Origin: Lama guanicoe
Taxonomy: Eukaryota
Assembly (NCBI GenBank): GCA_013239625.1
Contig: MU054400.1
Coordinates: 2,826,282 to 2,890,281, forward strand
Reading direction: 5' to 3'
DNA: 64,000 nucleotides
Below the pieces are notes generated by a model. It saw only the letters and a list, made by a program, of their open reading frames with translations. It was not told the DNA's origin and searched no databases. Shown in pieces: positions 50,711 to 63,885 of the stretch (the stretch's first letter is position 1; each line of letters starts with the position of its first letter). The position numbers were made by a program, and so were the translations under genes.

Positions 50711-51699
50711 AGCTGCTCCTGGAGAGATTTCCACTACTGTTGAAAGGGTAGGGGCTCGGCCAGGTGGCAGATTGTGTGGTCATCACAGGCGCTCACAGGA
50801 TGGAAGTAAACTTAGATTCTCACAGGTCTTGTCTCTGTGAATGGGAGAGGAGGGGTAGGTCCAGGCTGAAAGTAAGATGAACCTCTAAGAAAACAAGATA
50901 TTTTAGCTCAAATAGGAAGGTCTTTTACAGTCTTGGAAAACAAAATTTGTAAAGTATGCTTCATGGTAAGATCCATATCAACTCCAGAAGATCCAGAAGT
51001 TGCATTTGTGGTTGTGTCCGGAAAACATAAAAAGAGATGTAAGCATTTTCCTTTCATGCCGATCTTCAGAATTTAATGAACCTTGATACTCCTGTATCCT
51101 CTTGTTACCTCTGTTCCTCTTCCTTTCACTTAAAACCCAGGGGTTTTCATGGATTCTAAGTTACAGGCTTGAGATGCTGTGTTAACAATCGCAATTTCTT
51201 TCAGTACACAAGCATCTGACATCCACCCAGTGATGCTGGGCATCTTAAAGAAATACAGAGATATGAGGCATAGCTTCAAGAGGTTTATAATCTCACAGGG
51301 AATTTTAAGTTTACAAAACAAACATTGCACAATACAATAAGATACTATTAAAGAGGTTTTAAGAACTCTGGAGATATGGTGAACAGAAAGACACAATTTT
51401 TTGCTTTATGGAGGTCAGAAGGAGGATTTATGGGGAGGCTGGCATTTCTGCTGGCTTCTGATGGAGGTGAGGGGAACCTGGGGGAACACATCAGGACAGG
51501 GGAGACGCAGGAGCAGCAAAAGGCCCAGCTGTATCACAGGATCAGATACTGATCCTCCATGTGGTAAAAACCTCACACTGTGGTCCATGGCTCTGGCTTC
51601 ATGGAAGGGTGTGGGGAATTGGCCCCACTCCTTGGTTTTCTTGTTGGGACCATAAAGTGACATGAGTGACTGTTTCAGCCCACCACCTGAGTGGCTCCT

Positions 51700-52115
51700 C
51701 CAACAGCGGTGTGCAGCAAAACCAGCTTGTTAAAGTGCCTTCTCGCAGCACGGCATTGGCTTGGGGTGGGGAGGAATCTGCAGGTTTAAAACGCTCCCCG
51801 CGGGGTTCTGATGCACACTAAAGCCTGAGAGAGTTTTGTGAGGCGGTCCTCTACTCAGACTGCGCATTAGGATCCCTGGAGGGCTTTTAAAAATACTTCT
51901 GCCTGGGACTCACACCAGATTAAGTCGATGTAGAATTGGGGAGGGGGGAGGGGTCTAGGTACCAGCTGATTCTAAGTGAAGCTTGTGCTTTTAGTGCTTT
52001 ACATGAAAAAAAAAAAAGGAAGGAAGGAAGGAATTATCACTCCTGTAGATAGTAAAGTGAATGTCCAATCCATTTCTTACTCTTGGATTTTGGGAATGTG
52101 TGTGTGTGTGTGTGT

Positions 52116-52156
<41 letters not shown>

Positions 52157-52392
52157 CATACACACATACACATATTCGAGCTTTTAATAGTGACTTTTAT
52201 TGATGAACCAAAGCTGCAAACACCCTAGGGTTTTAGTGCAATAGTTCTCACCTGGGGAACTTTTTAAAACTCCATCTGCCCGGCTATCTCCCAGACTAAT
52301 TAAATAAGGATTTCTGGACTATAGAACGTTGGTGTCGAGGTCGTTAAAACTCTCCAGGTGATGCCAGTGTGCAGGGAGGGTGACAACCACGT
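51700..52392. mobile_element. Cluster of three MER5-like hAT-Charlie MITE fragments (~51700-51835, ~51840-51985, ~52238-52392)
   Basis: ggaatctgcaggtttaaaacgctccc...ttctgatgcacactaaagcctgagag; gggcttttaaaaatacttctgcctggg...ctgattctaagtg; caatagttctca...ctccaggtgatgccagtgtgcag...gacaaccac. Confidence 0.7.
52097..52173. repeat. (TG)n microsatellite followed by TA/CA units
   Basis: tgtgtg...gtatgtgtg...tgtatacatacacacatacaca. Confidence 0.97.
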
Positions 52393-52595
52393 ACAGGTGG
52401 GGATGAGCACAGAGGTGTCTCCACAGCTGAGTTTATTTGATTTTACCTTCCACCCGGGCCTCTGGCTACAATCACTGGGGCCACTTCTGTCTGTGATGTC
52501 CCCTCCCTCAGGTTCTATCTCAGCTGGGAGAGGATGACATTTTCTTACAGAACTTTACACAGTATGGAGGGAGAACCTATGAAGAACCTATCAGT

Positions 52596-52780
52596 CAGTT
52601 TGCCAGATTAGGTAAGGAAACACAAGATGTCCAGTTAAATTTGAATTTCTGGTAAACAACAGATGACTTTTTCAGTATAATTGTGTCCCATGCAATATTT
52701 GGGAAATGCTTATACAAAATATTATTTCCTGATTGTCTGAAATTCAAATTGCGCTGGGCATCCTGTATTTACCCAGCCTA
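52596..52780. mobile_element. MER53 palindromic hAT MITE
   Basis: ttgccagatta...gatgtccagttaaatttgaatttc...gtcccatgcaatatttggga...ctgaaattcaaattgcgctgggcatcctgtattt; the two arms are reverse complements. Confidence 0.85.
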
Positions 52781-53268
52781 GAAAGGGAGTTAAATCAAGT
52801 CAAAATAAAATTTTAAATGGCAGGTTTCTGATCTTGTGGTTGATGACATGATTGCAGGGCAGTGCCCTGGCACCTGCCACCGGGATGAGCAGACCTGAGC
52901 CCAAAGGAGTAGCAGTTCTTCACTGACTGCTGACTTCTGCGCCTCTGCTCACAGAGCCTCTTCTCATGGGGTGGGAAGGACTTTACGTCCCATCATGTGA
53001 ATTTAACTCCCAGTCACACTTTTCCCTTGATTGTCAAGGTCAGTCCTTAGCCTGGAGCTGCTGGGAGCCCTCTGGTTGTCCTCTTTAATTTCTGTTTCAT
53101 ATTTGAGGGAAGGGTTTCATGTGGAGCCAGCATGACAACTGAGCTGATCATTTCCGACTCTGGGTATTAGGTCTGCCCACCTGTGGAGCCGCTGGGCCGC
53201 TCAGAGCCCAGCAGGTACAGGTAGCAAGAAGGGTAATGTGACGTCCCATACAAGCCATTACTCAGACT

Positions 53269-53441
53269 CAGGACCAGCTTCCTGGGCTCGGACCTGTGCC
53301 TTCACACAGGGCCTCCTGTAGAAGGGCTGCATCTTGGTTTAATGCTCTGCTGTCAGCATTTTTGAGATTCTTAATAATTTATGAACAAGAGGTCCACATT
53401 TCCATTAGTACTGGACACTGCAAATGATGTCATGGGTCCAG
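53269..53441 (+). mobile_element. MER91-like hAT-Tip100 element
   Basis: caggaccagcttcctggg...gacctgtgccttcacacagggcc...cttggtttaatgctctgctgtc...gagattcttaataatttatgaacaag. Confidence 0.8.
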
Positions 53442-55098
53442 CTTGTATAACAAAATATAGGCAAAATAGACTAAAATTAGTGGCCTTTCTGCCCAGACAA
53501 TAATTCACATTCCCTGTAGCAGGTATGGGCTTAATCTTCTCTCTTGGGTAAGTTGTGTACCTTTGGTAGGGGGACCTATAACAAGTGCTCACACGGTTCT
53601 CCCTGCTGTGCCAGGCAGGCCTGTGTTAGGAAGGACTTGCACAGTTCAATCCCAGACATTCTATCTGGGAGCTCGAGTTAGCCTACGTATCTTTTCAAGA
53701 GTTGCTATCTTTTAGGATGGCATTTAGTAGCCATCACCATTCATCAGTCAGCGATTACTGAGCACCCGGCCCTGTGCAAGGCACCTTTCTGCGCTCGCTC
53801 CATCATCATTATCAATCATCCCAGTAGATGTGTTCAGTGTTTCTCTGTGCGTGACACTGCACTGCACATGGAGTGTGCTAAGTGAGCTATTTTCTGTTGG
53901 TGAAATTAACCCAGCTCTGAAAGGCAGCCATTGTTACCTTTGGAGCAGTGAGTTTCTCCACATCAAAAAAGGGTGTGTCCCATCAGGGGTGAGAACCAGG
54001 GGCTAATTTTTCTGGCATTTGCTGCTGTGAGATTCAGATAGAGATAATGATAAACTTACAAAAATCCGAAGATGACGCATTGAGTTGGCTCAATCAAAGC
54101 TGCCCTCCTCCCACATCTGCTGTAATAGTCGTGTAAAATCCTGCAAAATCATTGCCCTCTCTACCAGGGCTGAAGATAGCCAAGTGGGTAATGGCAATAT
54201 AAGGTTGGCCTGGGGAAGCCAGCTGGTAGGAAACACTTCTGAAATCAGGTATGTGGAAGCACTTTGAGAAATATAGTGAAAAGTAATGTAAATCATTGTT
54301 CTTATTCATGGCTTGTAGAGCTGGCTTGAGGCAGTTTCGGAATCTCCTCTGCAATGCCAGCCAGTCCTAATCTCATATACAACTCACAACAATTGACAAG
54401 ATGAAACAGCTCCAGAAACATAAGGAGGCCCTTGTGGTTGAAGTGTAAGACAAGTTTTAATGTCTCATGCCTTGTGCCAAGGCAGAATGCTGGATCCCAT
54501 TGCATCCTGGGGCCATCTTGGAGCAGAAACCTCAAGAGAAACAGAGCTCTTTACCATTTGAGCAAACGCCATAGTTCTGCTCTTTGCCAAAACGTTTTGA
54601 GTCGGCCTTATGGTGGAAGTAGAATTGTTACAGTGTGCTGACAGATTTTGAGCATTTTATTAATAAAACAGCTATTTTGCAGATATTTGATGCCAAATAT
54701 GTTGATATGAGGCAAAAAAGCATCTCTAGGTATACAGAAAGGCAAGTCAAGGGCAGCCTTTCTTACTGTCTGTTCTGCCCATTTGCCAACAGTTGCTTGG
54801 AAAATGACAGCTATGTTGATATTTTTATCTGAGGGAATTAACCCTGCCGGGAACTGAAATGTCTTGCATTAAGGAAGATGCTCTTAGATTGAACTGATTT
54901 GAGTGGAATGATTATCAGGAACCCACCAGGATCTTGGAAGCATGTGAGTTACCACGGGAGACAATGCTATGAGCAAGGAGAGTCAGTGCCTTCAGGAGAC
55001 TTGAATTCTAATTGAGAGAACACATTGATCACACCATTAGATTGTACTAGAATGTAATGTGATTCTTTTCTGGCATAATCTAATATTACCACAGATTA

Positions 55099-55405
55099 TA
55101 TAGGACCACATGTTTTTACCCTTGGAACCAGATGCTTTGGATTCAGGGACTTTTTAAATTTTAGAAATGCAATATGGTTCCCCTAGTGAATATCACCACC
55201 ACCTCCAGGGGGACCTCGGGGAGCTCTTTGTAGGCTCATCCCATGATATTCTGCAGTGAAACTGAGGACCAGTCACACCAGCTAGAATAAGTCAAGTCTA
55301 CAAATAGCCCTACAGTGATTTAGGTCTGGTTTTAGCACCAAATGAGTTTAACTTTGGGTTTGGGGAATGTTTCAGAAGTACAGATAATGGATTGGGAGCC
55401 ATGGA
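55099..55405 (+). mobile_element. MER46C-like TcMar-Tigger MITE
   Basis: taggaccaca...cccttggaaccagatgctttggattcag...attttagaaa...tacaaatagccc...ggttttagcaccaaatgagtt...cagataatggattgggagcc. Confidence 0.7.
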
Positions 55406-55779
55406 GTAGAGTTTAATATAAAGCAATATAACCTCAAAGAATTTTGGACTATATAATGCTGGCTGTCATTTTATTGAATGTCTATTCCACATCAGACATG
55501 GAGAGTTTCACACCGATGACACTAGGTAGGTACTGTTGTTCCTACTGTTATTCTTACTTTGGAGATGAGGAAAATTTCCGAGAGAAGTCAAGTGGCCCGC
55601 TGGGTGGCAGGTGATACAGCTGTGATCTCAACTAGGGGACCATGGTGCCTGTGAACACACTTTGCTGTCAGGCTGTCTGGGGTCCAAGTCCCAATTCTAC
55701 CACTGACTGGCTGGGTGAACTCAAGCGAAAGGTTTGATGACTTTGTCACATGGACTAGAGAGGGCTTTTAGGCGTAAAA

Positions 55780-56770
55780 AGATAAAACTTCAGATAGCTA
55801 TTTATACAACCTAATAATAAAAGAATAACCCCAATGCTACTCTGAAAAGCTAAGAATCCAGTGACTAAATCCAAGTCACAAAGGAAACCTGTTGATCTCC
55901 ATTTGGTTTGGTGTTGACAAAATTAAATAACATAAAAATTACTAGACTAAGAAAGAAGACTCCCTTTGTGTGATGAAGACGCTACATCTGATACAGTCAC
56001 CGTCAGACTAAGCGGTGAGATTTCAGTAGTTTTCCCGTTAAAATCAGAAGCAGCACAATAATCCACAACATCATCACGATGATTTTGTCACGTTCTGGAG
56101 GTTCCAGCTAATGGATTAAGACATCAAATGGATATAAGAGGTTTGTTTAAGGAGAAGTGAAAGATACAATATTTATAGATATCATGGTGCTTAGAAAATG
56201 GTGGAGAACCAATTTATAAACCTAGTACTGAATCTAAAGTTTCTGCAATCTGGCAGGATGCCAGACAGATTATTTAGTAGCTCGCCCCTGTGTTAGCAAT
56301 ACTGTTAGATTATATAATGGTAAAAAAAAAAAAGTCCAGTAGGAAAACAATGGCGATCACTGCAGCACATCCAGAAGGAAACAGGGACAGAGACGGGGAG
56401 GGGGCTGTGGGCACAAAGGTGCTACTCTCCATAGAATTTAAAATAGAAAAAAAAAGGGAAAGAAAAACACTGCATGTTCAATAATAGGAGAAAAATTAAC
56501 TAAATGATGGTAAAATTCCAAAGATAGAAAGATAAATTATGTGCTCATAAAGTAAAGTAAAATGTTCAGAATATTAACGTATACTCAGGATGTATTCTAT
56601 ATGCATCCAGATTTCAGTTTTATTTTTACACAGAAAAAAATGAGATTAAAGCATCAGAATGTTAATAACTATGAGATGTGGGACTAGAGGTGATTTTTAT
56701 TTTCTTTTTTATACTTGCTGTACTTTTCAAATTTTCTACCAAAAGCAAGAACATGTTTTTATAATGCAAA
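55780..56770 (+). mobile_element. Highly degraded old L1 (L1M/L1ME-like)
   Basis: A-rich; ttctggaggttccagctaatggattaagaca...atttatagatatcatgg...ttagaaaat resembles the RT region; ...ggtgatttttattttctttttt...ttttcaaattttctac resembles an L1ME 3' end. Confidence 0.55.
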
Positions 56771-58399
56771 AGGTTATTCAAAAGCTTTCTGGGTAAAAAA
56801 AAATCATACCAGAGGAATGAATTCACCCACCTAGTATTACTTTTCTTCCCATAACATGCACTATACTTCGTGTACTTTTGTTGCTGGTGTACAATTTCAA
56901 GTAAAATAAATCATGGCGTATTTACTGAAAACAGCCAGATCTTGTCTTTAAAATATAGAACAATACTCTTTACCTGCTGCTTTATTGATTAAAAATAATT
57001 AAAATTCTGCACAGAAGCTTCAATGATTTTTTTTCATGATGTCTTGTTACAAGACTTGGATTCAGTTTCTGGAATGGAGAAAATGCCAAGATGTACAAGA
57101 AGACCCTGGGAGACATTTGTATCATTAACTCTTTGAAAAATAAATTACCTCACTTCCTTTATTACTGTGATAATTAACCCACGTTCGCACCGACTCTGAC
57201 GAACACTCTGTATTATTTATGATGCTCCATTTGTGGTTTGCTGGTCAACCTAATGGGTAGTTTTTATTTTCATGTGGGAAGCATTGAGGTAGTGCTCATC
57301 TTCGAGTAACTTCTCACCAAAAGAGTCAAAATACACTTTTTTAAAAAAAACCTGAATCCATATAGATCACAGGTGAGCACAAATTTGATTTGACTTCCTT
57401 TGGCCTCTATTTTATCTTATCCACTTGGGTTAATAGGTGATATTGACAGATTTACCCAAGACTTCCAACTCTTGAAACAGAGCTTAGCACCTAATAGTTG
57501 TTCACTCTGTGCTGGTGGGCTGGATGGAAATGGGACTAGAAGTCTGGGGCTTCACACTGCTGGCCCCACGGTGTCCTCTCCCTGTGAAACGTCCCTCCCC
57601 TGCCACCCACAGGGTCTCAGCACACTGCGGTCCTCATCTGAAGGCACCCACGCCCATGAAGGTCCAGGGCAGAGGTGGTTTCCTTCATTTGGACGACACC
57701 AGTCATTTAGGGACTGTGTGCTCCACGCCCGGCTCTGTGCTGAATTTGGCCGAGAGTTTTAGTTTTTCTGCTGCGGAGCTGATTTCAGAGCCCAGAGCCC
57801 AGAGCCAGCACAGAGCCAGCTGCTCCCTTTCCGGGCCAGGCCCCAGCGTGCCTGTGGGTTTTCTCTGCTTTGCTGCCCGGGAGTCATGCCGCCGCCTTCC
57901 CCCTAATCCCTGCAAAGCAGGCAGGCTGCCAGCACATCGAGTGTGTCTGCAAAATGCAGACAAATTGCTGCTCTTTATTAGAGGTTCGGACGCAGGATCT
58001 GGGGAAGCTCTGAACTACAGGGTGTTGGGTTTCTCGGTTCCTTTTTCTCAGGCTCTACTTGCAGAAATTTGATGTTTTGAGTGATGTGTTTTGCCACCTC
58101 CCACCTTCCCTCCCTTTCTCCCTTCCTAAAGACTTTAGGAATAAAACGAGATCTCTTTATTGATTATTCTCACTGACTTGGAAGAATACCCAGCCTGTGC
58201 TTACTATGTTTGGTCCTTGCTAAGAAACGTGCTGTCTGTCCTGCTGTGGTCATGCTCTCCTGGGGGCGTTTCCCTTGACCTTGTCATTACCAGCCTTTCC
58301 AGAATCTCAGGAATCCCTCTCCCCAGTCCTGTTTCCAGCTCACTCTCTGCTACCCGCCCCCCAGTAGTCCTTTGACCTTCCCAGACTACGACCCCCACT

Positions 58400-58842
58400 T
58401 CTCTCTCCTTATCTCTCATCCCTGAGCTGTCTCCTAGACTGTCTGGTCTCCCAGGTCTTCTTGCTCTTCAGAGCCCACCCTGGGCACACTCCTTCCCCAC
58501 CACGCCTTGTACTTGTGACTCCCTCTTTCTGGAATGTTCTCCTTATCTCCTTCAGGTCGTTGCTCAGATATCACCTCTGGGAGGCCTTCCTTGACCATTG
58601 ATCAAATTGCAGCATTTACTCCGACTTGACGTCACCCTCCCCCCCCCCCGACATCTCTCCAGAGCCCTCATTGTCAGTAGACGCACCTGTCTGCACCTTC
58701 CCTGTTGTTGCTGCCGAGCATCTCCCTCCACCACCAAACTTAAGCTGCGTTGATGGCAGGCATCTTTGTCCATTTTGTTCACTTGGCTTAAGGTATTTCA
58801 TCATCAGAAATACCTGTTGAATAAATGAGTGAGAGAATGAAG
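58400..58842 (+). mobile_element. L2 LINE 3' end
   Basis: ctggaatgttctcc...ccttcaggtcgttgctcagatatcacctctgggaggccttccttgacc...ggcaggcatctttgtccattttgttcact...aatacctgttgaataaatgagtgagagaatgaa. Confidence 0.8.
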
Positions 58843-59102
58843 TTCCCGGTTGAGCCTGGATGTCAGCCAGGCCCAGAGTTCTGTGATGAGAAGCATTCCA
58901 CTCAAAGTCAGAATCTCAGTGGCCCAGATGTTTCTATATGTGCAGATATGGTGCATCTTATAGACAAAACATTGAGGCAACAGGCAGAATTATGAATTCT
59001 TTTCCCAGCAATTTGATGATACAACCAAAATGGGGAACTCTGGAATCCCACCTACCCCCCTGTTCTCATGTCCAGCCACTCTTGCATACCATTACAGCTC
59101 TT

Positions 59103-59530
59103 TTTTTAAAAAGCATCTCTTTAAAAATGTTTTTATTGAAGTGTAGTTGGTTTACAATGTTAGTTTCATGTGTACAGCAAAGTGATTCAGTTAAACATAT
59201 ACATACACAGATATTTTTTCTTTAGATTCTTTTTCATTTTATGCTATTATAAGAAATTGAATATAGTTCCCTGTGCTCTGCAGTAGGTCCTTGCATCTAT
59301 TTTAGATATAGCAATGTCGTCTGTTAATCCCCAACCCCTGATTTATCCCTCCCCCCTCCTTTCCCTTTGGTAACCATAGTGTGTTTTCTATGTCCACGAG
59401 TCTGTTTTTGGTTTGTAAATAGAATTTGTATCACTTTTTTCAGATTCCACGTATAACTGATATCATATGATCTTTGTCTTTGTCTGACTTACTTCACTTA
59501 CTATGATAATCTCTCAGTCCATCCAGGTTG
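59103..59530 (-). mobile_element. L1 3' fragment (3'UTR and ORF2 tail)
   Basis: ttattgaagtgtagttggtttacaatg...cagattccacgtataactgatatcatatg...ctgacttacttcacttac. Perfect 14-bp TSD ccattacagctctt at 59089-59102 and 59531-59544; empty site TT/AAGA on the minus strand. Confidence 0.93.
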
Positions 59531-62500
59531 CCATTACAGCTCTTAAGCACAGGAAGGGATTAAGTAACCTTAGTCTGGGGGTTGACATACTTCAGGACGC
59601 AGTTCTGTGCCATGTAAAGGGGTCCTAGGCTTCTTTGATCAACAGCAGTGACCTTTTAGCCTATCACCCTCCTGATTCAAGTCTTGCCCTCTTACGGATC
59701 GTTGTCCCCATGACTGCCAGAGTTATCTTCATAAAACCTGTGTTTACATTACCACAGGGTAAGCACAGTTTTTCAGGCACTGTGAGTGAATGCCATCCCC
59801 GTCCTGGATGACTTCACAGTGAGCTCCAAGAAAGGCCCCTGGCCGAAGTTGTTGATTTGCCTCTGGACTTGCCCTCCGCTCCAGGACCGCCGGTGTCTGC
59901 CTGAGCTCCGGGGGCCGGGACTCTGGCTCTTCCTGTCCTTGTCATCTACTCACTGCTGCTTCGCTGCTTACACTGTGGCTTAGCAGGAAGTGACCGGAGG
60001 CCCATGGGGGCCTGCCCGCTCTCTCCCTGCGCCCAATCTCAGTGAAAAATCGGGCTTTTCTTGGCACCACTACTACTGATGTGAAAAGATCATCATAATG
60101 CATGGTTTTAATCAAGGTCTGCAAAGGGTTCCACGGGAGCAGAGAGGAGAAACACTTCACCCAGTCTGAAGTGGTCAGGGAGACATCCTAAAAGAGGTGA
60201 CCTTTGAGTAATAAAGGACACATAGGAAAAACTGGGAGAAGAATTGGCATTAGCAAAGTCATAGAGTCAAGACACAGGCAAGACAGCCCAGTGCGAGCGT
60301 ACTGCTGCCAATCGCTACCTCAGTTGCTAGGGTGTGGGATGAGAGAAAGAGCCTGGAAGAGAAGGGTCTGGAAAGGAAGTTGAGTCCAAGACCCAGATTA
60401 GGAGTTCGGGCTGTCAGGCAGGGATGTGGTGCCCTCAACTGATTTGAGGTAGTGTTGTGGGGAAGAAGGGGATCTGAGTGGCATCTTAGCAAGTTCTGTC
60501 CAGCTGCAGGATGGCGGACGGACCATGGGAGAAACTATGGAGGGCGAAAGGAAGGCAGGAGGCTAGAGGAGGGCAAGGCAACAGCTGCCCTGAGAGCTGG
60601 AGAGGCCTGGCCCAGAGCAGCGGCCACTGCCATCACCAGCTAGACCAGTCCAGCCACGGATGGTCCACTCTTTGGAAAAGAGCAATGGGCTCTATGTGTA
60701 TAAACATAGCATAGACTCCTTCTATGTTCAGACAAATCAGAGAAATATTTTAAAGGAGGTAAAACGAGGAAGCAGACAGTGGACCCTGAATAGCCTTCTT
60801 TTGTCCATTCCCCAGTAGTTCTGGGTAACTTGTGCAAATCTTAGGTCTTTGGTCTTTCTCTGTCTGTTTGTTAGCAACAGCTGACATTTCTGAAGGGGAA
60901 CTGAGAAATAGTTACTGTTAGAAGCTATAAAGTGTTATAGAATGCCGTGGGATGTGTTGTTATTTGTTTCTGCCCATTAGAGAAAGGGAAGCCTTCCTGC
61001 AAATGGTTTCTATAATTCCTTGGGTTGAAAAAACCCAAGGAGGAATAGTAACCACTAATTGGGGAAGGGATGTCTCATTTCATACAGTTCTCAACTCAGC
61101 CGCTGGACTTTGTTCTTCATTACTTCCATATCTGAGAATGCTTAATTGTGTAGAACCAAGATTCCTAGCTCAAGGATTAATCATCAGCAGTCATTTAATC
61201 AGTTGGGTTAACAGTTAAACCTGCCATAGACACTTACTCTTTGAAAGTATATTTTCTTCTCTTACAATCATTTCGAACATAATCTGGGAAGCTGACCCTC
61301 TTGGGCTGACTTCTCATCTTCCTTTCCCTCTGATCAATAGAATGCAGTTTTTCCAAGCAACAGCTCTATTTCTAAATCGTTTAAAAAGGGAAGAGTAGGA
61401 ATTTAATTTTAAGTCCAACACTTTTTTTCTTTTATAGCCAGTGCACTCTTCATGCTTCTTTATTTTCCCCACCAGCATCTTTCACTCTGGTGTTTTAAGG
61501 AAGGAGTGTTTTATTGCTCAAGACTTCGCAACATGGTGGCCTACAAGCAGTTATAAAGAGGGGTTTCGATGATATATATTAAAAATGATAAATCATTTTC
61601 CAGCCTTCTGTAATGTTTCATTTTCTCTGGATCCTTACCCTTCCTGACTCGTGTACCTGGGCTGATTAATGCCCCATCTCCCCTGTTACACTGTAATCCA
61701 GGGCCTGTGTTTCATTTGCCTGCCAATAGTGATAGCCAATAAATTAATCATGCAGCCACATAAGCCTTGACACGCAGGCTGCTGTCGGCATAAAACTGCC
61801 CATCAGAAAGCTGGCACTTCGGAGCCTCCATGTATCTGGTACCCTCAAGAGTCACACGGTTTCACAATTGGAGCGGCAAATGCTCATTTCTTCGTAGGCA
61901 TGGGCTGGGAAAATGAGAGAAGGCTAATTAATGCATTCAAGGGACCCCACTGAATCAGCAAGCCCCTTAAAGGCACAACAGACACAAACAGGCAGCTGCA
62001 GCTCTTTGGAATTCAAAGCAGCAACAAAAGAGCTAGTTAAATATTTGAATAGCTAAAGTATATGTCTATTCATTCCCATGGAAATTGCTAAAAGAGGCTG
62101 TCCTCCTTTCTCCAGAGGAGTCAGAGTCATTGAAATCCCAAAGCTTTTCATCCTGTCAAACATTCCTTTGAAGAGCAGGACATTTACATCTCCATAACAG
62201 ACCAATTCAACATTAGTGGTAATAAAACTTGGGTGCGTGGAAGGACTCCGGAATATGGTACCCATTTACTCCAGCCTCTGGGGATGCAGGAATGACTTAA
62301 TGAGAACTAGATTACTATTGCCCGATCCCTGTATTAGTTTGGCATCTTCCAGGTGCAAATGTCTCGAACAGTAAATATGCCCTCAGGGAGTAAACATCGA
62401 GCCCTGGATGTGGCTTGATCCAAGGCCCGAGCAGTATGGCTCTCTTCTGTTAGGCTGGCCAGACTTGGAGACAAACTTCTTTCTCCTGGGTGCGGCAAAG

Positions 62501-62839
62501 ATGACTTCCATCCAGTCCTGAGGCTAATCCTTCCAGAGGCCCATCCAGCAGGAAAGAGAACATCATTTACGTCAACCTTTGTACACACAGCCCAGGCTTG
62601 TTTTGATCAGACTAACTTTAGGCACATGCTGCTTCTTGAGCCAACCACTGTGGGCAGGGGATGGAATTATGCTGAAGTTTTATGTGTGAGCCATTGGTCC
62701 CATCTTGAATCTCGTCGGCTGTCTGGGGGTAGGTGGATAAACAAATGAAAATCATTAGTTGAGGAGGAGGAAGTGGATATAGGGTGGCAATCCAAACAGT
62801 GGCAACAATAACAAATAAACAAAACAACCAAACAAACTA

Positions 62840-63192
62840 GAATAGTCTTCTCAGGACACCATAATTCAAAAATCACAGATTGGTTGGTTTAAACAACAGA
62901 CATTTATTTTTTCACAGTTCCGGAGCCTTGAAGTCCAAGATCAGGTGCAGCCAGAAAGGTTCCTGGTGAGGGCCCTCTCCCTGGCTTGCAGACGGCCACC
63001 TTCTCCCTGTGTCCTTATGTGTCCTTTCCTCTGTGGCTTGTGGAGAGAGAAAGAAAGCTCTGGATTAGGACCCCACCCTTATGACCTCATTTAACCTTAA
63101 TTACCTCCTTAAATGCCCAAATACAGCCACAATTAGGGGTTAGGGCTTCAACATATGAATTTTGGGGGGTATATAATTCAGTCCGGAATACA
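62840..63192 (-). mobile_element. MLT1A-like (ERVL-MaLR) solo LTR
   Basis: ttaaacaacagacatttattttttcacagttccggag...gaagtccaagatc...tggtgagggccctctccctggcttgcagacggccaccttct...cccttatgacctcatttaaccttaattacctcc...gggttagggcttcaacatatgaattt. Confidence 0.9.
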
Positions 63193-63594
63193 AACAAAAC
63201 CAATAACCCCCAGCTATGCCTCCCCAGTTAATCCTGTTTTAGGTGGGCTTTAATCCCCCAGGAGTTGATTCTTTTGATGGTTTTACAGTCCGAGAGTAAC
63301 TGTGCTTAGGTAGCTTCTAATAGGCACCATGAAGAACCCCCAGCCATGCATCCAATTGTGTTGCATCTATTTAATGGCCATGAATTAAGGGATCAAGAAA
63401 CTTCCTGAAGACTGGCCTTTAGTTCTAGGATTCTAGAACTATGAAAGTGTTTGAGAATCACCAGCCCAGAGACCTTGTGCCTTTTGGGACCTCATCTTGC
63501 GTAGTGAAAAGTTGTGATCTCCACAATGAAGATGGAGACCTGAGACTACAGGATCAGAGCCCCTGACATTTTGAATAATGGTGATGTGGCCCAG

Positions 63595-63885
63595 CTTGAT
63601 AACGAACACATTCCATCAGACCTGGCTCCAAGTGATCTTTGGTTATTAAAAAAAATCAGAATTTCTCCTCAAATAATGAAGATCTCCATCGTTTAGAGAC
63701 TTAACTACATTAATTAAAGGTAATTCCCCAGGTGGTCTCTGAAAATGTGATGAACAGGAACAGTATCTTTGGAACAAAGGCACAACCTTCTAAGGAGATT
63801 GCTTGCAAGGTTACAACTCATTTCTTAATACAATGAGTTTTTTAAAAAACTTCTTGCATTACATTATCATTAACACTTATACATT
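63595..63885 (+). mobile_element. MARNA-like ancient mariner transposase 3' remnant
   Basis: tcagacctggctccaagtgatctttgg reads SDLAPSDLW, matching the mariner YSPDLAPSD motif. It is followed by ...ttggaacaaagg...ttctaaggagattgcttgcaagg and a degenerate terminal end. Confidence 0.7.

Noticed and set aside
51976..52203. ORFs with CVCVCV / HTHTHT runs
   Set aside because: Translations of the (TG)n microsatellite.
57509..58072. 187-aa ORF in a GC-rich patch
   Set aside because: No recognisable motif; overlapping ORFs on both strands are expected from GC content.
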